From assembly GCA_040285855.1 (NCBI GenBank), contig JAUFOQ010000010.1:1302001-1366000 (forward strand): a DNA stretch of 64,000 bases. Reading direction: 5' to 3'. The notes below the pieces were generated by a model. That model was not told the origin of the DNA. It made no database searches and saw only the letters and a program-made list of their open reading frames with translations. Source of the DNA: Eukaryota sp. GEM-RC1. Taxonomy: Eukaryota. This document shows, piece by piece, positions 49,786 through 62,817 of the stretch. The stretch's first letter is position 1. Each line of letters begins with the position of its first letter. The position numbers and the translations under genes were made by a program.

Positions 49786-52125
49786 CAGTCAAAACTGTCT
49801 ATAGCGTGAAACTCTATATAGCGTAAAACTCTATATAGCGTGCACTTTTCACCAGTGTTTGAAAACCACCCGGGTGGAAATGAAAACCACCAGGTGCCAC
49901 CCGGTGCCACCCACCACCCGGGTGGCGTCTGGGTGGTACTGGGTGGTAAATTTCTTAACCTCCACTTCCTTCCAACCTCCAACTTCTTCAAATGCCATGG
50001 CCTGGAAAGAAACACCCAGTCTTTGATATGATATCTCCTAATCACGAATATTCTGAGGTTCAATACTCTAGGGGAAAGGTTCACGCTCTCTGTGATTACT
50101 GTTACCATCCTTTGAATCACTTTCCTGGTAGAATATCTGAACACTTCATCCCTGAGTTACGTGGCAATATCAAGCTTTGTCTTCATCTTGATATTCTTCC
50201 AGACGGTAGTCGTAACGTCGATTCTTTTTTAGCTTGTAATCGTCTCCGAACTCTTTTGAAATTACCTAGAATTTGTATTCCAAACACTCCTACAGTAGCT
50301 TCTCCAAATACACTACGATTGTCCTCTACTATTGTACCAAGCTCTAGCTTGCCACTTGGGAACTCTTTTGATCCGTCTCCCAGTGCTCCTGATGTTATAG
50401 AAATTCGTGAACCTCCTCTGAAGTGCAAACAACTAACAGTGAAAGAGGCGATCTGCCTTAAAGCCGCTGAAAAAAAAGCTGCTGAAGAGTATCAAGACAG
50501 TGTCTGCTTTCATATAGCAAAGTTATTGGCAGCACGTGGACAACCAATCTCTCTAGCAGATTGTGATGAGTTACAGGAACTTCTTACGGTAACATCCTGT
50601 GGCAAATACAAGCCTGTATGTTCCAAGACTATCCAAACAAAATATCTGCCACAAGTAGAAGATCATCTCCGAAAAGAACTGACTGATTATTTGGAAGCTA
50701 TCAAAGAAACTGGCTGTTCGATTACTACTGACGCTTGGACAAATGTAAATGGTACCGGCTTTATGAATATTGTAATAAATGCCCCTCCTGGTCCATTTTT
50801 CTTTGATGTAATAGATTTAACAAACCAGAAGAAAACTGGAAAATTCATTGCATATAAGTTAAATGATGTAATTCAACTTATAGGAGTACAATATGTTAAA
50901 TTTGTAATTACTGATAATGGAGCTGATTTTACCAAAGCAGGAAAAATCCTCATGAAAGAGCACCAAAAACATGGATTGACCTGGCTTCCTTGTGCTGCTC
51001 ATACTTTCGATCTTGCTTTAACCAATGTAGAAGGACGTATTCCCACCATCAAAAATCTCGTTGACATTGCAAAAAAATTGTCAAATTCATTCGAAATGAC
51101 AAGACCTCACGTGATGTCTTTAATCAGATTTCAGAAAAAAAATTACTTTTTCCAGGAGAAACCAGATTTTATACTCGGTTTTTATTGCTTCAACGGATAA
51201 TTGAGTGTAAGAATGCAGTAACTACTACTCTTCTTCATAGCGATGTTCTGGCAATGATTGGAAAGTTGCCACATGAAAAAAAGATGCAGATGCATGAAAT
51301 TTTACATCATGTTAAAGACATAGAGTCTCTGCCTTGTATTGGCCAGTACTCGTTTTGGGACAAAATAGGTCAAATTTCTCATTTGTTCAAACCATTTGCC
51401 GATTTGATCCTTTTTTCTGATCAAGATACTCCATATATTGGGAAACTGCTGAACAGAACTGCCGCTGCGTACAACAATACTTCGGACTTGCTCAGAACCA
51501 TGACTTGGATTTCAATTGACGATAGAAATGAAATTAGAAGAATTTTAAAAACTAGAGTGGATGCTGTTCTAACCCGAGCACATATTACTGCTCATTTGTT
51601 GGACCCTGAAAACCAATCCAAACTAGCGGGGTACTCATCTAACCCAAATTGATAGGGAAATAGAAGGGGCGATGAAAGATGTAGATCCGTTCTCATAGTC
51701 TCTGAAGATTCATCACTCATCTACTCAGAGAGGAGGGTGATACAAGGGATACAACTGGTTGCTTGGAAGATGAATCATGTCATCATAGGTTTAAGCGAGA
51801 TGATCATGTCTCTTCTTCCCTCTTTCATGTCCAAATAGGGTCAGAATGAAGTTACTCCACCGGAACTTCCGTATCTGGGTGATTTCTTGAATTCCGTTCA
51901 AAATATTTACCACCCAGATTCTAGACTTGTCCATTCTTCCTTCTCATCCCATGTAGTTATGTCCACGATATGGTTATTTGAATGACCCATACTTTGTTCT
52001 TTCTAGATCTGCTTGAAATAAAAACTCATTGTTGAGAATGGAGCTGCACAGTGCGTTTATTCTATTTAGCGTGAAACTCTATATAGCGTAGGTACATATA
52101 GTCCCGCTATAAACAGTGTTGACTG
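49786..52125. mobile_element. Non-autonomous pogo/Tc1-type TIR element containing a hAT fragment
   Basis: TA-CAGTCAAAACTGTCTATAGCG ... CGCTATAAACAGTGTTGACTG-TA; subterminal GCGTGAAACTCTATATA repeats at both ends. Confidence 0.8.
49853..51652 (+). mobile_element. hAT element 5' end and 3'-truncated transposase (BED-like finger, DUF659-type core)
   Basis: CAGTGTTTGAAAA end with CCACC(C)/GGTGG subterminal repeats; CDYC..H, ITTDAWTN, ITDNGA, PCAAH, TAHLLDP; frameshifts near 51080-51190. Confidence 0.85.
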
Positions 52126-54427
52126 TAGTATGTTTTTGATAATTAGTTTGAGTTTGATGTGTTTCATCTTGTAATAAACAACAGTTATTCGGTTTTATAA
52201 TGACGATATAACAGTTGTTTAGATATAGTGTTTGCCAGTTCAATAATAGTAATTTCACAAGACTAACACTTCACAACCAGATTTAATTGTCAACTAGACG
52301 TCATTTTGAGTAAAGGTGAATTTGTGATCAGGCCATCTCGAACTTACCATCAATTTAGGTTGAAAATTGAAGTCTTCAAGAACTTAGTTCTTCGGTGTAG
52401 TCGAGACAAAATTGTTTTAAATACTCTATTTGGTCAGCTAACTTTGGTGGATTTCTATAAGCGTCAAACTCGACTGAAAGTGTATTTTTTGGCGAAATAA
52501 CAGTTTTACTATTACTTTTAAAACAAGATACGGTGTTTTAGTTCAATAAAAGCATGTTCATTTAACTACTTGACCAAACTATTAAGACTGTTTAAATTTT
52601 TGATTTATGTAATGTTTAGATTTAGTGGGACGAATTTAAAATTGAAAGAAACGTTCCATTTGTCAAAAAGAATAAGTATTCTGTATTGTATTGTGATTAA
52701 TAGAAATGACTTCAATAAATTGTAAACGTAACTGATCTATGTCCAAGAACAATCAGTGTCAAAACCACAAGCTTTAGACCATACCAATTCAACCTAGTCG
52801 AATGGTTTGCAGCAACAGAGGTATTTGATTGTGATTAGTAGTTATCATGTAAACGATAAGAGCTATGTGGTGTTGGAAAAGCTACCAGATTTTTTCGTTG
52901 TAATTTGGGTATAACATCAATGACGAATTCAATAAATCTGGTTAAATATACTTTATAGTTTAATACGTTTCATAACTTTTCTTTAGCCCGTTCGAAATAA
53001 GCTACAATTCTAAAATTTATGAGTAGACATCTATAATCAGGGGTACTCAAAAATGAATTGGACTCTAATGGTCTGCAAATATTATCCAAACAAAGAGCAG
53101 TGTAATTAGTGTCATTAATTGATCATTTATCAATTGCTGTTCCAATTTGTTTAGAATCAGTGATAGGTTTAATTGTATTGTTTAAGTTAAGAAAGCGATG
53201 AATAACCCTATTTCTAAATACGATCGCATTTTCCACGTCAATTTTCTTCACAAATCTTCTTATAAAACTGAACTATCTAGAGGTACCTTTCAAGAACATT
53301 TTCAGATGAACCGTAGTGGCGCCAGTCAAACAGTGTCTATGCAACCGTAAAGTTGATTTACTAATGTAAATCAATTTTCCAATCAACATTAGTTGAAGTA
53401 ACACACATCCTACCAGCAATATATTGTGTTCAAAATCTGTTGCAAGAGTCATAGTGTTGCAAGTAAGTTCTATAAGTGATGTTAAATAGAGATTCTATTT
53501 ATTAATCAGCTGGTCTTGAAATACCATTTAGCATTGTTCACAAAGAATTGTGGTACACATATATCTTCATAAAAACTAGACAATTTACTTTCACCAGTAA
53601 CTCTGTACCTTAATCAAAACAAATTTATTGGAATAACAATAGTGAATTGGTTAATTAATTTCCAATAAATTGGCATTAGTAAATTGGAAATTTAATTGTG
53701 AGCAACCCTATGATCGTGATTATATGTCTTCTGATTAACATTTACGTACATGAGATGTGGATTTACTATACACATACACAAACTACTTAAAATAGAACAA
53801 AATTGGTACATTTTAATCTTTTCTGTTTAGATTTTGCATTATGGTAGTCTTCTTGTATTGATTTACTCACTCATTTATTGTGGTCACTGCTGTTTAAACG
53901 AACCATTTTTACATAATCAAATATTCAAATATTGAAGAAATTAACATTGTAACCACTTCTTCTTCAAAAATCGGGCAATTCGAATACTGTAATGTTTTCT
54001 ACATGACGTAGATTTAAAATGATTAACATAAAGTATTATTGCCTCCTGATTAAACACATACGAAGAACCGCATAATCGACAGAAAAGTACTAATTGATTG
54101 TGTATTCCTAATATAATATTAGGATAATAAATTGGTGTTCCGGAATACTTGAAATCAATTGGTTTTGGATTGAAATGACATCTGTAACTCATCAACTATG
54201 ATATCTGAAAGACTAAAAACTGTTTGGAATTGCTCATGACACCATGACACAAATAAAGAAAAAATCACTACTTTAATGACTTAGAAGTTGTTGAAGTTAG
54301 AACTTAAACTTTTTGGCTGTAGCTAACCAGATGCTGATCAAAAAGTCAACTCCATTTTCATCAAGAACACTACAACATTCAAAGTTACAGAGACTTTAAA
54401 GTCTAACAATTTCTGACTTGCATGTAT

Positions 54428-56477
54428 TTAAACCATTTTATTTACCCAAATAATAGAATTAGCAACCAACTTGTGTCCGTCAGTTGAACTTGGCCAACAA
54501 CCACCACCACCACTAGAGTCACTAGATATACAATAACATCCAAACTCTACAAGTCTACATCCACCAACTTCTTTCTTTGCAATTAAAGGAATTCCAGAAT
54601 TAACAGTAGCTAATAGAGTTCCATTAACAGACTTTTGAGTTTGAAAACCATAGTTAGTAGAAAAACTGTTTACATTAAGAAAAATAGGATCATTTGGTAG
54701 AGTTGTTACCATGTCATGTTGGGTTTGTTGATTGGTAAGATAATAACCCTCACCACCTGCATTGGAAACAAGAATTACAGAATCCTTGAATATTACTTGG
54801 TTTACTATTAAACAAAACAAAACCCTTACATTGGTTTAAAAACTGGTCAAGAAATTGACCTGGACAAGGACAACTAAAACTTTCAACAACTAAAACATCA
54901 TAGTTTTCAAGTTCTTCAAAGCTTTGAACTTTACTCGTGAATGAATTAATTGAAAGATTAACATTTCCCCAATTTTCAGCAAAACCGTTTTTAATTTTTT
55001 CAGTGAGGTCATTTAAATAACCTTGATTACAAACAAAAACTCCAACATTAATTCTTAAAGAAATCTCCCTACCCAAGAATTTTCTACCAACTACTTGAAT
55101 TTCATCTCTAACAACATTTTTAAGAATAACTTTTTCCAACCAAATTTCCCTGTTTTGATTTGAAACATTATCTAAATTAATTCTTGATAAAAAATTACCA
55201 GGAATAACTGGAATTTCAGGAACACCTTCGAAAGCGAAATTATTGATAACTTTTGACACCAATTCTACATTGGAATGTTCAACAAAAGTACCAACTATAG
55301 CAAGAAATTCTTCATCAGTTAGTGAAGTAAACTCTAGTTTTGCAAACATTAAATTGGTTAATTCAGGGTTAATTTCTTTAATCCAATTAAATTGAGAAAT
55401 TGAAATAGTTTGAGAGTTATTGATGACATTATTCAATAATTTGAGTTTTAAGTCTTGAGGAATTTCAATTACCACGAGTTCTTGTAATTCTGAGAAATTG
55501 ATAGAAAAATCATCAGAAATTTGAGCAATTTTTAAAATTTCTTTGGCTTTTGCAGACACATCAAACTTTTCAACATCAACTAAATCTTTCTTCACCAATT
55601 TGGACAACAACTTCAAATGAAAAGACTTTGCATTTTCTTCAATGAATTCAAAGCTTTCATTAAAAGATTGTTTGAAGCTATTTAACACCTCTAAAGCATT
55701 TTCAATGAATTCATTACCTTTTTCTCTCAACTCTTTGTCAAAAGTGAGAGCACAACTCACGGTATTTCCAGTACCAAGATCAACAATCTTTTCAGACGAT
55801 TCTCTAACTAAGTTGTTGATCAAGTCATAAAGAATTGTTTGAGTATTGACAAGAACTTCAGCAACAACCTTTTCTACTTCTTCTTTATTTCCAAAGACTT
55901 TAGAAGTAGCGTTGGACAAAGAGAGGTGGAGCTCTTTGACTTGGAGTTCAAAGTCCTCTTTGGCTTGTGAAAGAGGAATTAATTCCTCACAGTGTTTGGC
56001 GTGACCCATTAAAAGTCCACATGAGTCGCATATGGATAGCAAACACTTAGTGCAGAAGTGTTCGAGAGGTTTAGTGGGGTGGCGAGGGCATTTGAAGGAA
56101 GAGATGGTGGGTTTTTGGTTGATGGGAACAACTGAGTGGGATCGGAACGCTTTCAACCTGTGAGCAAGCGAGGAACATTCTTCGCAGTAACTAGCATCAC
56201 AATCACCACAGAAAAGAGTGGCGGGAGCTTCTTCACATTCAAAACAGATGACCGCATCTTGCTTTGAGTTTTTAGCAATTTCAATAGCTTCTCGTAAAGC
56301 GATGTTCACACGAAGAGGCGAGGAAGGTATTGCTTCCCGACAAACGGGACAAGAAGCCGCTTCTTTCTGTTTTAACCATTGAACAAGACATTTGTCACGA
56401 CAAAAGCTGTGGCCACATGGAAGCGTGGTGGGATTCTCCATTAGTTCTTCGCATACGGAACATTCAAGATGAGACAT
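54428..56477 (-). CDS. TRIM-like protein: RING, two B-boxes, coiled coil, C-terminal alpha/beta domain; frame break near 54780
   Basis: CSVC..LPCGHSFC..C..CPVCR; CFEC..C..C..YC..C...H; CPRH..FC..C..IC..C...H..H. Confidence 0.85.
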
Positions 56478-57167
56478 TGGAGGAAAAGTAAATGAATAAC
56501 CTGAAATTCTGGTCAATTATATTGATGTGTACAAATACTGATCGGAAATACAATACTTTTTGGACATACTAATGAGTTCTAAAATTTTAAAAAAACCCTT
56601 CTACAGTTAGTTCTTCAAACATTTAGCCTCATTATCTAAGTCTGTCAAAATCTTAAATGGCAGTGAATGGTTTGACCCTAACTATAAATAGACAGAAAGT
56701 GGCTCAACTACACAATTCTTCTGATTCGTATTGATGGTGGAGGAATCTTACTGCATTACACTATTGACTAATAGTTTATAAGAACAACCTAAAGGGAACT
56801 TGTATTAAATGGACGTTCTAAAGTGATTGCATTGCAGTACAAGCAGACTATGAAGTAATGGAGAAATATTATACAGTATGACATTGTATGTATTTGTAAA
56901 TCTCATGGTAGGTGTTACAGTTAACCCATTCAATTGTTTCAGTACAATATAAATGCTACAATTGACCAAAAGTTCAATTTTGTAGTTGAAACTACTGTTG
57001 CTGGTTCAAGATAATTATAATGGTTCAAAACTATTAATTACTTCTAAGTGCTATTTCTTGCCAGTAATAACACATTTTATTTACAATTACAATTGGAGAA
57101 TACCATCATTATTACCAACTGAGATACTACTAGTAATACATCTATATCATAACAAATATATGTAGCA

Positions 57168-58000
57168 GTGCAAAGCGACGTGTCTCCTTATTCAATTGAT
57201 GTTAAAAATGGAGTTTTCTGTTTTTCTCCAGGAAGGCCGACTCCACTTTCTGCGGAGCAAGTGTCTTCTCTTCGCTCTTTATTTAAGAAGATCGTTTTAA
57301 AAATGTTTACTCTCAAAAAATGTCGTTTTACTAAAGCAGCAATCACAAGTTTGTGTAATGTAATTAGAGCAAACAACAGTTTTCTTTCCTCTTTTGACCT
57401 CAGCCAATGTCAGCTTTCTAATGACTATTGTTTAGAAATTGTCAAATCTGTGAATTTATCATATATAAGATCTATCAATTTGAGTAATAATATTATTCAT
57501 TTCAAAAGCCTCTTGGCATTTTTTTGAGGTTGTTTCATTCAATGAATCATCTCCAGATATTCAGGTATCTCCTCATTTAATCAACGTGTCTCTTGGAGTT
57601 ATTAGTAGTGATCATGTAATTGAAGAATCAGAACTTTTTTTCACTTTTAAAGTCCTTGAGCTCTGGAGTTCGTATTCAACTTTGTTTGATTGTCTTTTTG
57701 ATTGTAATAGATATCTTTTTGATTGTCTTGGATTGAAAAGTGCAACTCTAGCAGGACTTATTGCGCTATATCAAATTCGTTCCATCAACAAATCAGTGAT
57801 CGCTCTTGGTGTTTCTCCAAATATTATTGACTTTGAAATTGGTGTATTTTGTTTTTCACCCAAAACTTATACCAAAATTAACGGCAAAACCATTTCTCTT
57901 TTACAGGCTCTATTTGAAACCATTGATGTTGAAGAATTGACCATCAAAAACTGCCATTTTACCAAAAAGGCAAATCCTCAATTAAATAAATCAACCTATC
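57168..58000 (+). pseudogene. Internal fragment of an LRR family gene
   Basis: DVSPYSIDVKNGVFCFSP, SINKSVI; no N-terminal core; frameshifts. Confidence 0.75.
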
Positions 58001-58690
58001 TTTATACAGCAAACTTTTAGGAGACCGATCAAAGATTAGTACAAAAACAGTTTTTCATCAATTTTTTGAACTTTGATATTCCTAACAAACTATTAGAAAT
58101 TGTTCAATTTTGTTTTTACAAACACTCTTAGAGGTAGCTGAGGTGGTTCATATTTGTTTATCTTCATCATGCTCATCAAATCAATAAAGGGACATTTCAA
58201 ACACAAAATTCAGTGATACAAAAAAATCAATAAATCTAGCCAATCATTTTTAAAACAAATATCTGGAAACAATAGTGTAGACTTTTAACTACACTTTAAG
58301 AATTAATAGTACTCTTTACTCATCTTTCCACAACCATTAAATGATATATTGAACCAAATCAATAGTGGACTGATCCAACATGTAAAAGATATAATACTTC
58401 TCAAGTTCTCATGATTGCTGTTTTGGACACTCAACTTCTATCAAAACACTCAAAATCACAGTTTATACGTGAAGATGTAGCATCAAACCGCAGAATGCTA
58501 GATTTGTGTGGAACAAAATGATTTGAATCCAGCGCAATATACTAGCATAAACACCGCAGAAGAACTTCTCAATTTCAACATCAGTTGGAGACTTTTTGGT
58601 TTTTTAATAATTAAGATCTTCATCAAAGTTAAAGTTCAAGAAAATTTAGAATGGGTTTATATAGATACACCTAATAAATGTTGACTACTA

Positions 58691-60056
58691 TCAATTGAGT
58701 TGACGGACTCCAAATATTTTAACTGTACTATTAAATTTCATCACTTCTGCCAAAGCTTCAGCACCTTCATCTTCAATATAGTTCCATGTTAGATCAATAC
58801 TTGTAATAACATTATTAACTTTCAACGCCTCTGCCAATGCTATAGCACCTTCAGAACCAATGGAGTTGTCACCTAGATTAATACTGGTAATTATAGTATT
58901 CACTTTCAAAACATCTGCCAAAGCTCTAGCACCTTCAGGTCCAATAAGACATGAACCCAGATCAATACTTGTAACTACACTATTAACTTTCAACGCATCT
59001 GCCAAAGCTCTAGCACCTTCATCTTCAATTGAGTTTCCATACAGAACAACATTTGTAACTACAGTATTAACCTTTAAAGCATCTGCAAAAGCTCTAGCAC
59101 CTTCACATGTAATAGAGTTGTCACCTAGATTAATACTTGAAACTACACTATTAACTTTCAACGCATCTGCCAAAGCTCTAGCACCTTCATCTTCAATTGA
59201 GTTTCCATACAGAACAACAATTGTAACTACAGTATTAACTTTTAAAGCATCTGCAAAAGCTCTAGCACCTTCACATGTAATAGAGTTGTCACCTAGATTA
59301 ATACTTGTAACTACAGTATTAACTTTTAACGCCTCTGCCAAAGCTATAGCACCTTCAGATCCGATACAGTTTCCATCCAGATCAATGCTAGTAATTGTAG
59401 TATTAACCTTCAATAATTCGATTAATTCCAAAGAAATAGAAGCATCAACAGCAATATCAAGTTGCTTAAGACGTGGAAAGAAGAAAGAAGACTTGTTCAG
59501 AAACTCCAAGTCATTATGATTCTCCAATACAAATTCCAATCCAGAAATTACATTAGAATAAATATTAAATTCTTCAACATAAAAGGTATCGTATACGTGC
59601 AAGAAAACTGATTGTTTCTCTGCTCCAAAGAAAGAAGCAAATGAACAGAGTTGAGGGAAGATCTTTAGGAATGACATGAAAGGTGTTAGATTCGAAGGAC
59701 ACCTTGGTTGAGAGTAGAGCGGATTCAAAGAAATGATGGCTAACATAGCCAACTTTCTTGAAGAATATAGGTATGGTTTTCTTCCAGAATACAAAATCTT
59801 TGAGATAACAACGAGGAGCATACTGATTCCATTCTAGAGCGGGTGATAGCATATGACTTAGAAAATGAAGGTGAATGAGAACAAGTAGTGACTGTTGGAA
59901 GTGCAGCGGATTGGAGCTTGAAGGGGATGGCGCACAATCGCTAGGATTCGAAGAGGAGATACTAGAAGATGTTCTATTACATTCAACAACGTCAGTAACC
60001 GAAACACTATCATCCGATGGACGACTACTATTGAGTGGAGACTCGGAGATAGACAT
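58691..60056 (-). CDS. LRR family gene F (Ser-rich N-terminus, F-box-like core, ~8 canonical 28-aa RNI repeats); one frameshift near 59655
   Basis: ORFs 59574-60092 and 58691-59821 join at CTTCCCTC; a 168-bp near-exact internal duplication. Confidence 0.85.
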
Positions 60057-60501
60057 TTTAGGTAGAGTGAAGGAAAATCCGAGGTGGATCATGCTTGTGG
60101 ATCACACCATGCCGTGTGCTTCATTCACATTCACATTCACATCACACGTGTTTCAGTGGTCCACAAGTTTTGTGTGAATGTGTACTTTTTTAGTACATGA
60201 TGTAATAGTACATCCATACTCTGGCTTTCAAACAAAAGAACTAACTTTCCACAGTTCAACACATGGCAAATTGAGGCGATGTTCAGATAAAGACATTCTG
60301 AACTGGTTTATTGTTCTCCATTTACAGACAATAGTGTGTTTGCATCGAATGATGACTTTAAAGATCATTAGATCTTGGTCTCACTCCTACAGACAGTGTA
60401 TCCAATGAATGTAGCCAGAACTCTCAACAACAAGTAGAAATTGTTGAAGTAATTTGTGAACATTACTGTTGAACACAAAGTTGTATGATATATGTACATA
60501 A

Positions 60502-60620
60502 CAGAGTTCGAAATGTGTCGGACACGTTCGGACACGTGTGCGGTTCGGAAACGTGTTTCACACGTTCGGTTTGTTTTTGGACACGTGTGTACCTTTTGTT
60601 CTCAAAAAGTAGACTGGGGT
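60502..60620. repeat. Cluster of ACACGT/GTTCGG motifs starting at CAGAG; possible DNA-transposon terminus
   Basis: cagagttcgaaatgtgtcggacacgttcggacacgtgtgcggttcggaaacgtgtttcacacgttcgg; no partner end found in the window. Confidence 0.45.
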
Positions 60621-61103
60621 TCTCAAAATTCGTGCACGGTGCTAGTGGGACCCACTTCACTTTCCCCCACTTTAAATTTCCCCCACCTTAAAAACACGTC
60701 CTTAACACGTTATCCCTCTTTGACTTATGGATGTTTACATCGCTCTAACATATTCGATGCTTATTTAGAGTTCATCATATGTTGTTCTGAATCGCATTCT
60801 GTAGGGATGGATTGTTGTGAGTTTCCACCTTCCTTATGTGCTTGTTCCGTCATGGATTTCCCATGAAGCTGTTGAATGGGATGTTCTTTATGAATGCGTC
60901 GTTTACGTTCACTCTTGGAGACATGAAGAACTCGATTACTGTTTGTTTCCTTCATCTCAAAGGTCTTGAATGCACTTCACTTGTCTAGAAACTGCTTTTA
61001 AGTTCACACATTCACTAGTTTTCAACAATGATTGTGGATCTATGAGCTGTATATCGCTAGCTTTATATAATATGTAAGGTCCTCGAGTAATAAAACAACT
61101 ATT

Positions 61104-61171
61104 ATAGTTCTTCAGACGAACGCAAGACGAACAAATGATAGTTCTTCAGACGAACGCAAGACGAACAAATG
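61104..61171. repeat. 34-bp exact tandem duplication
   Basis: atagttcttcagacgaacgcaagacgaacaaatg x2. Confidence 0.9.
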
Positions 61172-61667
61172 TTGGAAGTCTATGATAATGTCACACAATG
61201 TGGTGTAGAACTAAGTACACGTACAGTAGTTACTAGTAGATGTAACTTCTCAGGGCTTCGCAATCAAACATTATAGTACACATTCTCTTGTGACCAGTAT
61301 TCAACTGTGAAGATGGACAAACCAACATCATGATGAATATTTTGAAAGCTCTGAAGACATGATATTGATATGCTGGAAAGGAAAAGTTGAAACGTTGCAG
61401 ACAAGATTTATGAAGTAGAGAACAACAAAAACTAACAATATCATCCAAGAAACTAGGGAGTACATCGTACCTGGCGAGGATGAAGGCGATCGGCATTCAG
61501 AGGTGTGTCATGAATGGAGAAAGAGTTTGAAATTGAATGTGGGACAAAGGTGTGGGATAGTGCAAATTCATTGAAAACGACACTGAGGTTTTCATTTTGA
61601 GTGGGTAGTGAGTCAGAACACTTTTCACTCATTTGAGTTTTAACTCACCTAATAAAACAACTGTATC

Positions 61668-62747
61668 ATGGGTTACACCTTCGACATGCTTCTATCATGT
61701 CATGAGCTCGCTTCCTTGAGAGTTAATGCATCCGAAGACACAAAAGTTCGTGCATGTTACTCATATCTCTTTCTCGAAGGGTCACAGGCGACTGTAGCTA
61801 AGTACTTTTGCATATCACAGTCAACACTCAGTCGTTGGATTCAAACCCTATTTAGTTCAGAATCTACGGAATCTACATCTGCCAACACCCGTCAACTCCT
61901 CTCTCCTGCTGAAGTTTCCTTCATACTTTCAACTGTTCAAGAAGATCCTCTGCTCTATCTTAGAGAAATTAAAGCACGTCTTTTTCGCTTCTCTGGACGT
62001 GTTTGCTCCATCTCAACCATCCATCGATCACTTGTATCCAGTGGCTTTTCTCGTAAACGATGCCGTTCTATGATTCGCAAAGCTAAAGTACAACTCATCC
62101 TTAATTTCGAGAAAAAACTCTCTTTCTCGTTAGGAATCATATTTACTAATCAGCTAGTATTTATTGATGAGATTAGCTTCCGTAAGGAACACTTCAGTAG
62201 ACTCTATGGTAGGAGCCCTAGAAATATTCCTGTAGCTACTGAAAACCAACTTGTCAACGTGGACCAGATCTCAGTAGTCGTGGCGATTAGCCAAGATGGT
62301 TATCTCTACCACCATATCCAGGAAGGACATTTTTCTCGCTTACAATCTGTCGCTTTTCTTGAAGATTTAATAAATTTAGGATATTTAAGAACGAAGACTG
62401 GGAGTCGTAGTGTTCTAGTTGTAGATGGATGCAACATTCATGTATCTCCTTTTATACATGCGGCTCTTAAAAAGTGTGGAATTTCTTATTTTATCTTGCC
62501 TCCGTACTGCCCGGAGTCAAATCCGATTGAGGCCTTTTTTGGTGTTTTGAGGCGTAAAGTTCGTGAAATCTCTCACCATAGCATTGGACAAAATTCAATT
62601 GATGTACTTCAAGCCATCCTTCCGAGACTAAAGTGTGATTGTACAAGGCTTTTCAATCACAGTGGCTGGAAAGACTTTGAATACTACAAGTCTCCTTATT
62701 TATCAGGACCTTTGTCTGAATTTTTAATAGATTTTGTTGACAATTGA
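61668..62747 (+). CDS. Tc1/mariner-IS630 transposase, DD34E, intact ORF
   Basis: N-terminal HTH (VAKYFCISQSTLSRW); FIDE, VVDGCNIH, LPPYCPESNPIE; 34 residues between the second D and E. Confidence 0.92.
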   Translation: MGYTFDMLLSCHELASLRVNASEDTKVRACYSYLFLEGSQATVAKYFCISQSTLSRWIQTLFSSESTESTSANTRQLLSPAEVSFILSTVQEDPLLYLREIKARLFRFSGRVCSISTIHRSLVSSGFSRKRCRSMIRKAKVQLILNFEKKLSFSLGIIFTNQLVFIDEISFRKEHFSRLYGRSPRNIPVATENQLVNVDQISVVVAISQDGYLYHHIQEGHFSRLQSVAFLEDLINLGYLRTKTGSRSVLVVDGCNIHVSPFIHAALKKCGISYFILPPYCPESNPIEAFFGVLRRKVREISHHSIGQNSIDVLQAILPRLKCDCTRLFNHSGWKDFEYYKSPYLSGPLSEFLIDFVDN

Positions 62748-62817
62748 AACTGAAGAATTCAGTGAACAACAACAAAGATACCTTTATAGAACATAAACAT
62801 TGTGATAAGTGCAAAAC

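Noticed and set aside
58860..59519. Long antisense ORFs over LRR genes (also 415-714, 15658-15957, 25371-25670, 44915-45238)
   Set aside because: Shadows of repetitive sense-strand codon usage
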